In this document: piece after piece, positions 1 to 10,510 of the stretch | How the letters are laid out: each line of letters opens with the position of its first letter | Numbering within the stretch: position 1 is the first letter of the stretch | Assembly (NCBI GenBank): GCA_900319525.1 | Contig: ONOU01000021.1 | Location: 6,149-70,148, forward strand | Length of the DNA: 64,000 nt | DNA from: an uncultured Prevotellaceae bacterium | Lineage (GTDB): Bacteria > Bacteroidota > Bacteroidia > Bacteroidales > Muribaculaceae | Reading direction: 5' to 3' | Program-made: the position numbers and the translations under genes | Notes under the pieces: generated by a model | What the model was told of the DNA's origin: nothing | Seen by the model: only the letters and a program-made list of their open reading frames with translations | Database searches by the model: none

Positions 1-824
1 CCGCCATGGGCACCGCGGCCACCGTAGGTGTCCACGATAATCTTGCGGCCCGTGAGGCCCGTGTCGCCGTGAGGTCCACCGATGACGAATTTTCCCGTCG
101 GGTTCACGTAGAGCTTGGTCTCGCTGTCAAACAAGGCCTTGATGTCGCTGCTGTAACGCTCAAGTGTCTTGGGAATGAGAATCTCGCGCACATCCTTGAG
201 GATGCGCTTCTGGTCCACGTCATCATCGTGTTGTGTGCTCACGACAATGGTGTCGATGTGCACAGGGTGGTGTGTGTTGCTGTCATACTCGACAGTCACC
301 TGTGCCTTGCTGTCGGGGCGCAGGTAGGGCATCAGATCCAAGTGTTTGTGGCGGATGTCAGCTAGTTCACGCATCAATGCGTGAGCCAGGTCAAGCGTCA
401 GCGGCATGTAGTCGGGCGTCTCGTTGCAGGCGTAGCCAAACATCATGCCCTGGTCGCCGGCACCCTGGTCCTGGTCATTGTCTTCGGCACGGTTAACACC
501 CTGGGCGATGTCGCCGCTCTGCTCGTGCACGCTGTTGAGGATGCCGCACGAGTTGGCGTCAAACTGGTATTCACTCTTTGTGTAGCCGATCTTCTCGATC
601 ATCTCGCGCGCTGTGCGCTGCAGGTCGATATAGACGTTGGTGGTCACCTCACCGGCAATGATGACCTGTCCCGTGGTCACGAGCGTCTCACATGCCACGT
701 GGGCCTGCGGGTCAAAGGCGAGGAACTTGTCAAGGATCGCGTCGCTGATCTGGTCAGCGACCTTGTCGGGGTGCCCCTCGGACACACTCTCGGATGTAAA
801 TAAATAATTGTTCTTACTTTTCAT
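1..824 (-). CDS. metK: S-adenosylmethionine synthetase (N-terminal ~274 codons; 3' end lies beyond window start)
   Basis: Not in the ORF track because it is open at the window edge. The reverse complement of 780-824 reads [32 protein letters not shown]. The reverse complement of 1-119 reads [40 protein letters not shown], in frame with the ATG at 822-824. Both are classic MetK motifs. Confidence 0.9.
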   Translation of the reverse strand, partial: MKSKNNYLFTSESVSEGHPDKVADQISDAILDKFLAFDPQAHVACETLVTTGQVIIAGEVTTNVYIDLQRTAREMIEKIGYTKSEYQFDANSCGILNSVHEQSGDIAQGVNRAEDNDQDQGAGDQGMMFGYACNETPDYMPLTLDLAHALMRELADIRHKHLDLMPYLRPDSKAQVTVEYDSNTHHPVHIDTIVVSTQHDDDVDQKRILKDVREILIPKTLERYSSDIKALFDSETKLYVNPTGKFVIGGPHGDTGLTGRKIIVDTYGGRGAHG

Positions 825-965
825 TATAAAAAAACATTCATTTTTGTGGAAAATGAATGCTAAAGGAAGATCAACAGACTCGCTGTTGATGATCGCGTTT
901 TAGCATTTTTTCAAGTGGTTGCAAGCAGCCCAAATTCCACTGTTAGTATATGTTGTTATTAAATC
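825..965 (-). promoter_or_regulatory. structured metK 5' leader with intrinsic terminator and competing antiterminator (riboswitch/attenuator candidate)
   Basis: On the minus strand there is a perfect 10-bp stem CATTCATTTT/AAAATGAATG (plus coords 835-844 and 850-859) with a 5-nt loop and a T7 run (828-834), ending 4 nt before the ATG. AATGCTAAA (899-907) is complementary to TTTAGCATT (856-864), which overlaps the terminator 5' arm. An inner hairpin ATCAACAG/CTGTTGAT lies at 870-890. Confidence 0.5.
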
Positions 966-971
966 GGGCTG

Positions 972-979
972 CAAAGGTA
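972..979 (-). promoter_or_regulatory. Bacteroidetes -7 promoter box (TACCTTTG) for metK
   Basis: Matches TAnnTTTG on the minus strand, about 148 nt upstream of the metK ATG. Confidence 0.45.
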
Positions 980-1020
980 CTAATTTTTTCTTACACGCAA
1001 TGCAAGCCCGTGTTTTTTTA

Positions 1021-2022
1021 TCAATAATGGAGAAACTTAGCGCTGCGGCGGGCAATGTTGTCGCGCAGGTGGTCACGGTAGAGCCATATCTCTCGAGAGT
1101 GGTAGTTGCCCTCCTTGCCGATGAGGGGCACGATGTAGTCGGTGCCCGTGTAACCGTCAACGAGCAGCATTCCCGAAGCCGGGTCCAGGGTGACGGTGAG
1201 GGTGTCCTTGTTCTGCTTGTCGAGAGGAATCGCGGGCGACGGCTCGGTAATCAAGGTTGCGGGTGTGGCATCGGTGCGCCAGTTCACGGGGTTGATGGCC
1301 ACAGCGCTATAGCTCCAGCCAGGCATTGCACAGGTGATGTCGCGAACCGAGTTGTAGCAGATGGTAACGCCAGTGTCATCGGCCCCCCGCGCAGCGACAA
1401 TGTGGGAGTTGCGCCGGAGTTCCTCTTGTGAGATGGTGATGCCGATGGCATAGGCGGCAATCATGCGGCTGTATGTCGCATCATTCATTTCACGTAACAG
1501 GTCGAGCATGATCATCGCGCCCTGGCTGTAGCCTGCCAGCACAAAGGGCCTGCCGCCGTTCAGGTGGTCAAGGTAGTACTTGAAGGCGCGCTTCACGTCG
1601 TCACGGGCGACGGGCAGACGGGACTGCATGGTGCTGTCGCTGGTAAACGTCTGCATCGAGCACTGGCGGTAGTATGGCGAGTAGTAGTTGAGCGAGCCGC
1701 CGATGAGCTGGTCAACGCCTTGCATCTCGCCCAGGATGGGCTGGCGCGTGCTGTCGTTGTAGGTGTCGGCATAGTGGCAGGTTGTGCCGTTAGGCAGTGT
1801 ATAGTCCCCCGTCTCGGTCGAGGTGATGTAAAAAATGTCGGCAACGCCATGACGGTCGGTGACATACCACTGTGATGGCTCGGCATACTGTGGTGCCGTG
1901 GGCAGCACATCGGTCGTGATGCGGGGCTCATCTGATTTCCCGCACTGCGCAAATGTGGTGCACAGCATGAGCACCATCGTTATTCTTATCACTAAGCTTA
2001 ATCTCATTGAGTATTTCGTCAT
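1021..2022 (-). CDS. alpha/beta-hydrolase lipoprotein (DUF3089-like esterase/lipase)
   Basis: ORF 1021..2190 trimmed to the internal start MTKYSMRLSLVIRITMVLMLCTTFAQCGKS (lipoprotein signal with Cys). The nucleophile elbow GYSQGA is present. Confidence 0.6.
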   Translation of the reverse strand: MTKYSMRLSLVIRITMVLMLCTTFAQCGKSDEPRITTDVLPTAPQYAEPSQWYVTDRHGVADIFYITSTETGDYTLPNGTTCHYADTYNDSTRQPILGEMQGVDQLIGGSLNYYSPYYRQCSMQTFTSDSTMQSRLPVARDDVKRAFKYYLDHLNGGRPFVLAGYSQGAMIMLDLLREMNDATYSRMIAAYAIGITISQEELRRNSHIVAARGADDTGVTICYNSVRDITCAMPGWSYSAVAINPVNWRTDATPATLITEPSPAIPLDKQNKDTLTVTLDPASGMLLVDGYTGTDYIVPLIGKEGNYHSREIWLYRDHLRDNIARRSAKFLHY

Positions 2023-2077
2023 GACTTTAAGATCGTTGTTCAGAAATCGCTTTTTAATCAGTCGCTTGAAACGCAGG

Positions 2078-4339
<2,262 letters not shown>

Positions 4340-4344
4340 GCCCA

Positions 4345-4352
4345 CAAAGATA
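4345..4352 (-). promoter_or_regulatory. -7 promoter box (TATCTTTG), 5 nt upstream of the UvrA-like ATG
   Basis: Matches TAnnTTTG on the minus strand. The spacing implies a leaderless or near-leaderless transcript. Confidence 0.4.
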
Positions 4353-4360
4353 CTGCTTTT

Positions 4361-4405
4361 TTCTAGATTATCTAGAATCACTAGATGTTCTAGATTATCT
4401 AGAAT
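4361..4405. promoter_or_regulatory. two identical 18-bp palindromic operator-like boxes (TTCTAGATTATCTAGAAT)
   Basis: Exact copies at 4361-4378 and 4388-4405 (27-bp spacing). Each is a 7-3-7 inverted repeat TTCTAGA-TTA-TCTAGAA. They sit between the upstream terminator and the -7 box. Confidence 0.5.
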
Positions 4406-4414
4406 GGCTAGAGG

Positions 4415-4448
4415 AAAAACAAGGCGGGCCGTGCGGGCCCGCCTTGTT
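4415..4448 (-). terminator. rho-independent terminator of the prolyl oligopeptidase gene
   Basis: A 13-bp perfect GC-rich stem AACAAGGCGGGCC/GGCCCGCCTTGTT (4418-4430 / 4436-4448) with a 5-nt loop, followed by a T-run on the minus strand. Confidence 0.75.
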
Positions 4449-4464
4449 GATTGGATAGAGGGGT

Positions 4465-6585
4465 TTACTTTTTGTACTTGTACTTGACGCCCAGGTTGTA
4501 CATGATGAAGGACTGGATGTCGGTGTACTCGTCGATGATCTTGCTGATGGGCTTGCTGTGGCCGTGGCCTGCCTTGCTGTCGATGCGGATGAGCTTGGGC
4601 TGGTCGCCAGTGTTGCAGTGCTGCAGCTCGGCGGCATACTTGAAGCTGTGGGCAGGAACCACACGGTCGTCGTGGTCACCGGTGGTCACCAGGATGGCGG
4701 GGTAGGGGGTGCCATCGTTCTTGATTGTGTGCAGCGGGGAGTAGTCGCGCAGGTAGCGGAACATCTCGGGGCTGTCATCGCTGCGGCCATAGTCGGGTGC
4801 CCAGTTCCAGCCGATGGTGAACTGGTGGTAACGCAGCATGTCCATCACGCCCACCTGGGGCACGGCAGCGGCAAACAGGTCAGGACGCTGGTTGACCACG
4901 GCGCCGACGAGCAGGCCGCCGTTGCTGGCACCGTTGCAGGCGAGCTTCTTGGGATTGGTGTACTTGTTGTCGATGAGCCACTCGGCAGCGGCGATGAAGT
5001 CGTCAAACACGTTCTGCTTGTTCATCTTGGTGCCGGCCTGGTGCCACTCCTCGCCATACTCGCCACCACCGCGCAGGTTCACATAGGCGCAGATGCCGCC
5101 GCAGTCGAGCATGGCAAACAGGGTGCGGGTGTAGGTGAAGGCGGGGTTGAGGCTCACGTTGAAGCCACCGTAGCCATACAGGAAGGTGGGACGCTGGCCG
5201 TCGCGCTTGAGGCCCTTCTTGTAAACGAGGAACATGGGGATGCGGGCTCCGTCCTTGCTGTTGAAGAACACCTGCTCGGTCACATAGTCGTTGCTCTTGA
5301 GGTTCACCTTGGGCTGGAAGAAGAGGTCGCTCTTGCCCGTCTCGAGGTCATACTTGTAGATGGCACCGGGGAAGGTGTAGCTGGTGAAGCTGTAGAACAC
5401 TTCCTTGGCGGTATTCTTGCAGGAGAAACCTACCGAGCCGTAGGTGGGCAACTCAATCTCGCGGATGAGCTTGCCGTTCTTGTCATAGAGGTAGGGGTGG
5501 CTCGACGCATCCTTGTCGTAGGTGAGGATGAACTTGTGGTCGGCCATGACAGCACTGGTGAGCACCGATTCCTGCTCGGGAATGAACTCAGCACAGCTTG
5601 TGGGAGACAGGGTCTCGGCATCGTAGGTGACGATTTTGCCCTTGGGGGCATTCTCGTTGGTCATTACATAGAATTTGCCGTTGTCAATGCCGACGATGCC
5701 GCGCTCATACTTCATGCCGCCGATGAGCTGCACGTAGTGCGGGTTGCGGTCCTTCAGGTCCTTGACATAGATGTCGTTGCCCTCGGCGTCGCTCTTCCAC
5801 AGGATGACGTAGCGCTCGTCGTCGCTCACGCTCACCTGGTGGAAATGCAGGGGCTCACCCTTGTCCTGATACTCGATATAGTCCTCGCTTTGGGGAGTGC
5901 CCAGCTTGTGGTAAAACACCTTCTGGAACTCGTTCTTGGACGATTTGGCATCCTCGGGGGCGTCATAGCCGCTGTAGAAGAAGCCGTCACCCAGCCACTG
6001 GGCGTCGGTGAACTTGGCCCACACGATGTGATCGTCGAGCACGCGGTTCTCCTTGAGGTCCTTGACAAAGATTTCGTTCCAGTCACTGCCGCTGCGGGTG
6101 ATGATGTAGGCCAGATAGCGGCCGTCGTTGGAGAAGTTCAACTGCTGCAGGGCCACGGTGCCGTCATCGCTCAGCGTGTTGGGGTCGAGTACCATCTTGT
6201 GGTTGCCGTCGGCGCTGTACTCATAGAGCACGCTCTGGTTCTGCAAGCCGTTGTTCTTGAAGAAGTAGAATTTGTCCTTTACCTTGAACGGCGCACCCAT
6301 TTTCTCGTAGTTGGCGAGCTCGGTAATGCGCTTTTTCACGTCCTTGCGGAAGGGAATTTTGGACAAATAGTTCTGTGTCACCTTGTTCTGGGCATTGACC
6401 CAGGCCTCGGTCTCGGCGCTGCGGTCGTCCTCGAGCCAGCGATAGGGATCAGGCACTTGGGTGCCGAAGTAGGTGTCCACTGTGTCCACACGACGGGTGT
6501 CGGGATAGTTGATGCGAGCCTGCGTCGTCACAGCCGACGCTGCAATCAATGCACTGCTCATGAGTAAAATCCTTTCTTTCTTCAT
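4465..6585 (-). CDS. prolyl oligopeptidase (S9A family serine peptidase)
   Basis: 706 aa with a signal peptide. The N-terminus carries DPYRWLEDD. The nucleophile is in GASNGGLLVG, and the C-terminal DHDDRV and GHG motifs are present. Confidence 0.85.
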   Translation of the reverse strand: MKKERILLMSSALIAASAVTTQARINYPDTRRVDTVDTYFGTQVPDPYRWLEDDRSAETEAWVNAQNKVTQNYLSKIPFRKDVKKRITELANYEKMGAPFKVKDKFYFFKNNGLQNQSVLYEYSADGNHKMVLDPNTLSDDGTVALQQLNFSNDGRYLAYIITRSGSDWNEIFVKDLKENRVLDDHIVWAKFTDAQWLGDGFFYSGYDAPEDAKSSKNEFQKVFYHKLGTPQSEDYIEYQDKGEPLHFHQVSVSDDERYVILWKSDAEGNDIYVKDLKDRNPHYVQLIGGMKYERGIVGIDNGKFYVMTNENAPKGKIVTYDAETLSPTSCAEFIPEQESVLTSAVMADHKFILTYDKDASSHPYLYDKNGKLIREIELPTYGSVGFSCKNTAKEVFYSFTSYTFPGAIYKYDLETGKSDLFFQPKVNLKSNDYVTEQVFFNSKDGARIPMFLVYKKGLKRDGQRPTFLYGYGGFNVSLNPAFTYTRTLFAMLDCGGICAYVNLRGGGEYGEEWHQAGTKMNKQNVFDDFIAAAEWLIDNKYTNPKKLACNGASNGGLLVGAVVNQRPDLFAAAVPQVGVMDMLRYHQFTIGWNWAPDYGRSDDSPEMFRYLRDYSPLHTIKNDGTPYPAILVTTGDHDDRVVPAHSFKYAAELQHCNTGDQPKLIRIDSKAGHGHSKPISKIIDEYTDIQSFIMYNLGVKYKYKK

Positions 6586-6626
6586 TGTTTGGATAGATTG
6601 TGTATTAAAAGTTGTTTAGTCTGTTG

Positions 6627-6634
6627 CAAAGGTA
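6627..6634 (-). promoter_or_regulatory. -7 promoter box (TACCTTTG) for the prolyl oligopeptidase gene
   Basis: Matches TAnnTTTG on the minus strand, ~42 nt upstream of the ATG. Confidence 0.4.
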
Positions 6635-6740
6635 ATGGTTTTGGATGACAATGTGTGCCTGTTGACAATAAAAAAGGTGTGAAAACAGCTGGTGGTGAAT
6701 AAAAAGGATTGAGATAGTTGGCTATTATGAAATGGATTAC

Positions 6741-6748
6741 TACCTTTG
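6741..6748 (+). promoter_or_regulatory. -7 promoter box (TACCTTTG) for the S8 peptidase gene
   Basis: Matches TAnnTTTG, ~70 nt upstream of the ATG at 6819. Confidence 0.4.
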
Positions 6749-6818
6749 CCGTATTATTTAGCATCTTGATTATTGCTATTCAATACAGACCATTATTGAC
6801 TTATTTAATCCAAAACCG

Positions 6819-9101
6819 ATGACTAGGAAAATCCATTATGTACTGGCGCTGTTGCTGCAAGTGACGGTGAGTGTTGTTGTGGCGAATGCCCAGCTTGTCG
6901 CCGATGTGCCCAATCAGTCGGCCTACACCGAGAAACTGTCGATAACGACCCAAATGTTTCTCGACGAAATGGCTGGGAACATCAACTATGACCAAGAACC
7001 CGGGTGGAGCGTGAAATTGTCAGGCCAGCCGCGCTTGCTCAGGGAGGTCGAGCGCCGCTATGCCGCCCCCGAGGTGATTGACGGCGAGGCCTATATCTCG
7101 GCCTTTGTGTGGGTGGACAGTGAAGGTGATGCCTTATCGCTTGTTGATCATGGCGTCATCATCGAGGAACAATTTGACGACGGCTTGATGACCGCACTCA
7201 TCCCCGTTGAAAAGATAAACGAGATTGCTGCGGCCGCCGGAGTGAAAAGAATCGAGGTGGCATCGGTGATGCAACCGGCAACCGACGAGGCGCGCCGTGT
7301 GACCAATGCCGGTGATGTGCTGGCCTGTAGTGAGGCCGCTGTCCAGGCCGGATTGACGGCAGGGTATGATGGCAGCGGGGTCATCGTGGGCGTGATTGAC
7401 CGCGGCATCGACTATGGCCACATCGCCTTCCAGGACAAGGATGGCAACAGCCGCATCAAGCGCGCATATGTCTTTAATGGTTCCAAGGCCGTCTATTATT
7501 ACGGGATCGGGCCGCTGCCCCAGGATAATGTGACCAATACCGACCACGGATCGCACACCAGCGCCATTGCCGGCGGCTCCAGCGTGATTGTCGGTGATAC
7601 CTCTATCACCGTGACCGATGACCACGCCAGTGCCACCTACGGCGGCATGGCTCCCGGCTCTGAGTTGTACCTGTGTGGCATCAACGGCATGACTGCCACC
7701 CGCATCGCCAATGCCTTCAAGCGCATCTGCAATTATGCCGACAGCGTGGGCAAGCCGGTCGTGGTGAGCAACAGTTATACCGACTATGTCTATAACCGTG
7801 ACGGTGGCGGAGCACAGGGAGAGATTGTGTCGCAGATCTTCGGTGAGGACCATCCTGACCGCATCTGTGTGTTTGCCACCGGCAACAATGCGGGCCACAG
7901 TGGAGGTGCCCCAGGTGGTGTATATGTGTCGGGCCATGCAAGTGCCGAGGCTCCACTGGGGACCATCGTCTGCTCATCCCAGGAGGCCTATGATGCCGGC
8001 TGGCTCTACTACCGCAACGAGTATATTGCTGACGCTTTTACCCGTGCCCGCGACGCACAGGGCATCGGTGTGACCATCTATGTGCTGAACAACGAGACAG
8101 GCGAGGTGGTTGACTCGTTCAACTACGAGAGCTCGGGTGGTAACAAGACCTTGGAACTGCCCGACTACTTCACTGCCTATAACGGCAAAACGCCCAACGT
8201 GAGGATCTATTTTGATTATATGACCGCCAACGGGTGTAAGCAGGTGCTGTTGATGACTCAATATGGTCTGATGAGCCCCATCCACACGCTGGCCGTTGAA
8301 GTATATCCCATCGGCGGCAGTTCGGATATTATCGACATGTGGTCGTGCGGCACATTCACCTATTTTGACAATCATCTGACTACCGAGGGCCACACCTGGA
8401 CCGTGGGTAGCGATGACATGAGCGTGGCCCCCAATGCCTGCTATCCCGAGGTGATCTCGGTAGGCTCCTACGTGTCGCGTGCGACACCCGAGAGCAATAG
8501 CGTGGGCGACATCTCTGCTTTCTCGTGCTATGCCGTCGAGGGAATGGGACCCCTGGGTGCAATACACCCGTGGATCAGTGCTCCCGGTGAGGAAATCATC
8601 TCGGCATTTAATCACTATGTGAACCGCAGCAGCACCGACGATGTGGTGGTCAATCAGGGTGATTACCTCTACGGCAAGATGTCAGGAACGTCGATGTGCA
8701 CCCCCATGGTTGCCGGTATTGTAGCCCTGTGGATGCAGGCAGCTACCGAGTGTGGAAAACAGCTCAGCCTGAGTGAGGTGAAACAGATCATGAAAGAGAC
8801 TGCCATCAGGGATGAGTGGGTGACCAGCGGACCGAATGCGACCCACTTTGGCAACGGCAAGATTGATGCTCTTGCCGGTATCAAGTACATCCTGGAGCAA
8901 TATGGCGGGCACACCTATGACGTGGGCGACGTGAACCATGACGGTAAGGTCAACATCGCCGATGTCACCAGGTTGATAGACTATCTGCTGGACAGTGAAA
9001 CTACTGAGGTTTGCCCCATCTGTGCCGATGTGGCCGAGAATGGTATCATCAACATTGCCGACGTGACAGCCCTGATCGACCGGCTGCTGTCAGACAACTG
9101 A
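6819..9101 (+). CDS. secreted S8 (subtilisin-like) serine peptidase with C-terminal dockerin-like repeats
   Basis: Signal peptide present. The catalytic triad contexts are GVIDRGIDYGH (Asp), DHGSHTS (His) and GTSMCTPMVAG (Ser). The C-terminus has two EF-hand-like repeats, DVNHDGKVNIADVTRLIDYLL and DVAENGIINIADVTALIDRLL. Confidence 0.8.
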   Translation: MTRKIHYVLALLLQVTVSVVVANAQLVADVPNQSAYTEKLSITTQMFLDEMAGNINYDQEPGWSVKLSGQPRLLREVERRYAAPEVIDGEAYISAFVWVDSEGDALSLVDHGVIIEEQFDDGLMTALIPVEKINEIAAAAGVKRIEVASVMQPATDEARRVTNAGDVLACSEAAVQAGLTAGYDGSGVIVGVIDRGIDYGHIAFQDKDGNSRIKRAYVFNGSKAVYYYGIGPLPQDNVTNTDHGSHTSAIAGGSSVIVGDTSITVTDDHASATYGGMAPGSELYLCGINGMTATRIANAFKRICNYADSVGKPVVVSNSYTDYVYNRDGGGAQGEIVSQIFGEDHPDRICVFATGNNAGHSGGAPGGVYVSGHASAEAPLGTIVCSSQEAYDAGWLYYRNEYIADAFTRARDAQGIGVTIYVLNNETGEVVDSFNYESSGGNKTLELPDYFTAYNGKTPNVRIYFDYMTANGCKQVLLMTQYGLMSPIHTLAVEVYPIGGSSDIIDMWSCGTFTYFDNHLTTEGHTWTVGSDDMSVAPNACYPEVISVGSYVSRATPESNSVGDISAFSCYAVEGMGPLGAIHPWISAPGEEIISAFNHYVNRSSTDDVVVNQGDYLYGKMSGTSMCTPMVAGIVALWMQAATECGKQLSLSEVKQIMKETAIRDEWVTSGPNATHFGNGKIDALAGIKYILEQYGGHTYDVGDVNHDGKVNIADVTRLIDYLLDSETTEVCPICADVAENGIINIADVTALIDRLLSDN

Positions 9102-9109
9102 TTTTAGAC

Positions 9110-9172
9110 TTACTGCTCGAGGGTGGCGATGACGTAGAGCAGGGTCTGGCCGACTTCGCCCAGTGTGGCGGG
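9110..9172 (-). pseudogene. relic copy of the last 20 codons plus stop of the M28 peptidase gene
   Basis: The minus strand reads PATLGEVGQTLLYVIATLEQ*, against PATLGEVGQTLLNVIAALEQ* at 10511-10573. There are 7 mismatches by hand alignment of the 63-nt segments. Confidence 0.6.
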
Positions 9173-10435
9173 TTAATAGCTTTGCATGGCAAATTTTATG
9201 CTGTCAAAGCGTCTTGCCTGCAGATCTTCACGCTTGATGTAGAAGTAGATGCAGCCGTCGTCGCCGAATAGCAGATCGTGGGGCGTCTCGTCATCCTCCC
9301 GCCAATACTCGCCATTGGAGTCGAGTTGCAGCAGGAGTACCTCACTTGACAGGTCATCGACGATAGGATCTTGAATGAGAAAGGCGAAACCGAGCATGCT
9401 GCCGATGCTTCTTGTCAAGGATTGGTTCCACAATCTGTCAAATGCCTCATAGCGCTCATCCTCATCTTCCTCGTTGAATGGTTCATCCGTCAATTGACTC
9501 AGTTCATCGATCGTCGGGATGCTTGTGCCATGGGTGAATTGCAAGGGCCATTCCTTCAACTGGTATTCATCGGCAAGATCCTCCGGGAAATCAAGGAGTT
9601 GCAGTTGTGATGAAGGCAGGCCGTTATAGAGAACTCGGACATCGTTATCCGTGCCGTCCCAATCCATCTGGCTGAGTTCGTAGAAGAAATACAGGTGTCC
9701 GCTTGCGGGCAATATGCCCTCGTGGTCGAGGGGTGCGAGGTCAGCGCAATCGATTTGCAGCAGCAATGACAGGGGGCGGCCACTGTTGTCGTGTGGCCAC
9801 TGGAAATCATCGGCCACATCAGGCCGTCCGCCATATTTGGAGCAACCGGCTGGCAATGGGGCGTTACAGTTGTTAGCAAACGAGATATGGATGGTGTCAC
9901 GAGCAAAGGACTTGAGCAATTCCATGTAGTGGCTCACCTTATCTTCGTCAAATTCGACCTCATCGGCAGTTTGCTCGGCCGAGAGTTGCGCTAATTCCTT
10001 GATAGCCTTGTGGTATCTGATTAACTGGTACAGCAAGTAGCCCTTAATTGCGATCAGTAGAACCAACAGCCCCCAGAACATGAGGGGCGTGGCAAACAAG
10101 TAGGTAAGAACAAGGATGAAGATGCTCAGCGAGGTGCGGAATCTCATTTTCATCGGGTTGAAGAAGGCACCGATTACCGCCTTTACTGACTGGGCCTGCT
10201 CCACATCTTCCTCCACTTCCTCCACTTCATCGACCGATCTTCCCGGCCTGATGTGAACGAGGGCACGGTACCATCCGTGAGCCATCAGCAGCACGACTGC
10301 GATGAGCATGATGATGCGGGTTCTGCTCTCGGTATCCCAGTCGGTGACCAGGATGCGAAGGGCTACGCCGCCGATAATCGTGAAGCATATCAGCGCAATC
10401 GCGGGTATCAGTATTCCAGATTTCTTCTTGTCCAA
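9173..10435 (-). CDS. membrane-anchored DUF1963 (YwqG-like) domain protein
   Basis: 420 aa with N-terminal TM helices. The C-terminal half carries GGRPDVADDFQWP, LLLQIDC and LFGDDGCIYFYI, typical of DUF1963. Confidence 0.6.
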   Translation of the reverse strand: MDKKKSGILIPAIALICFTIIGGVALRILVTDWDTESRTRIIMLIAVVLLMAHGWYRALVHIRPGRSVDEVEEVEEDVEQAQSVKAVIGAFFNPMKMRFRTSLSIFILVLTYLFATPLMFWGLLVLLIAIKGYLLYQLIRYHKAIKELAQLSAEQTADEVEFDEDKVSHYMELLKSFARDTIHISFANNCNAPLPAGCSKYGGRPDVADDFQWPHDNSGRPLSLLLQIDCADLAPLDHEGILPASGHLYFFYELSQMDWDGTDNDVRVLYNGLPSSQLQLLDFPEDLADEYQLKEWPLQFTHGTSIPTIDELSQLTDEPFNEEDEDERYEAFDRLWNQSLTRSIGSMLGFAFLIQDPIVDDLSSEVLLLQLDSNGEYWREDDETPHDLLFGDDGCIYFYIKREDLQARRFDSIKFAMQSY

Positions 10436-10510
10436 ATCAGTTGATATGAGTTATAAAAAATGTGAACCGGGAATATCAAATGATTGAATCTCTCGGTCCA
10501 CGATTATGGA

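Noticed and set aside
925-972. The 7-bp stem GCAGCCC/GGGCTGC as part of the metK leader RNA.
   Set aside because: Its distal arm (966-972) abuts the predicted -7 promoter box. It would therefore be at or upstream of the transcription start, so it is unlikely to be in the transcript.
4558-6567. Very long antisense ORFs inside GC-rich genes. Examples are 4558..6567 (+, 669 aa) opposite the prolyl oligopeptidase, 18503..20245 (+) opposite clpB, 2960..4366 (+) opposite the UvrA-like gene, 24934..25857 (+), 15538..16326 (+), 32023..32781 (-) and 41033..41923 (-).
   Set aside because: Their translations are low-complexity (A/G/V/L/H/D/R-rich) with no motif. Each is fully nested opposite a gene with unambiguous family signatures. 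Long shadow ORFs are expected at this GC content.
9011-9271. The plus-strand 86-aa ORF containing LLLEGGDDVEQGLADFAQCGG, and its look-alike at 10484..11179.
   Set aside because: The similarity between the two is simply the antisense reading of the duplicated 3' end of the M28 peptidase gene. It is not a real paralogous gene pair.
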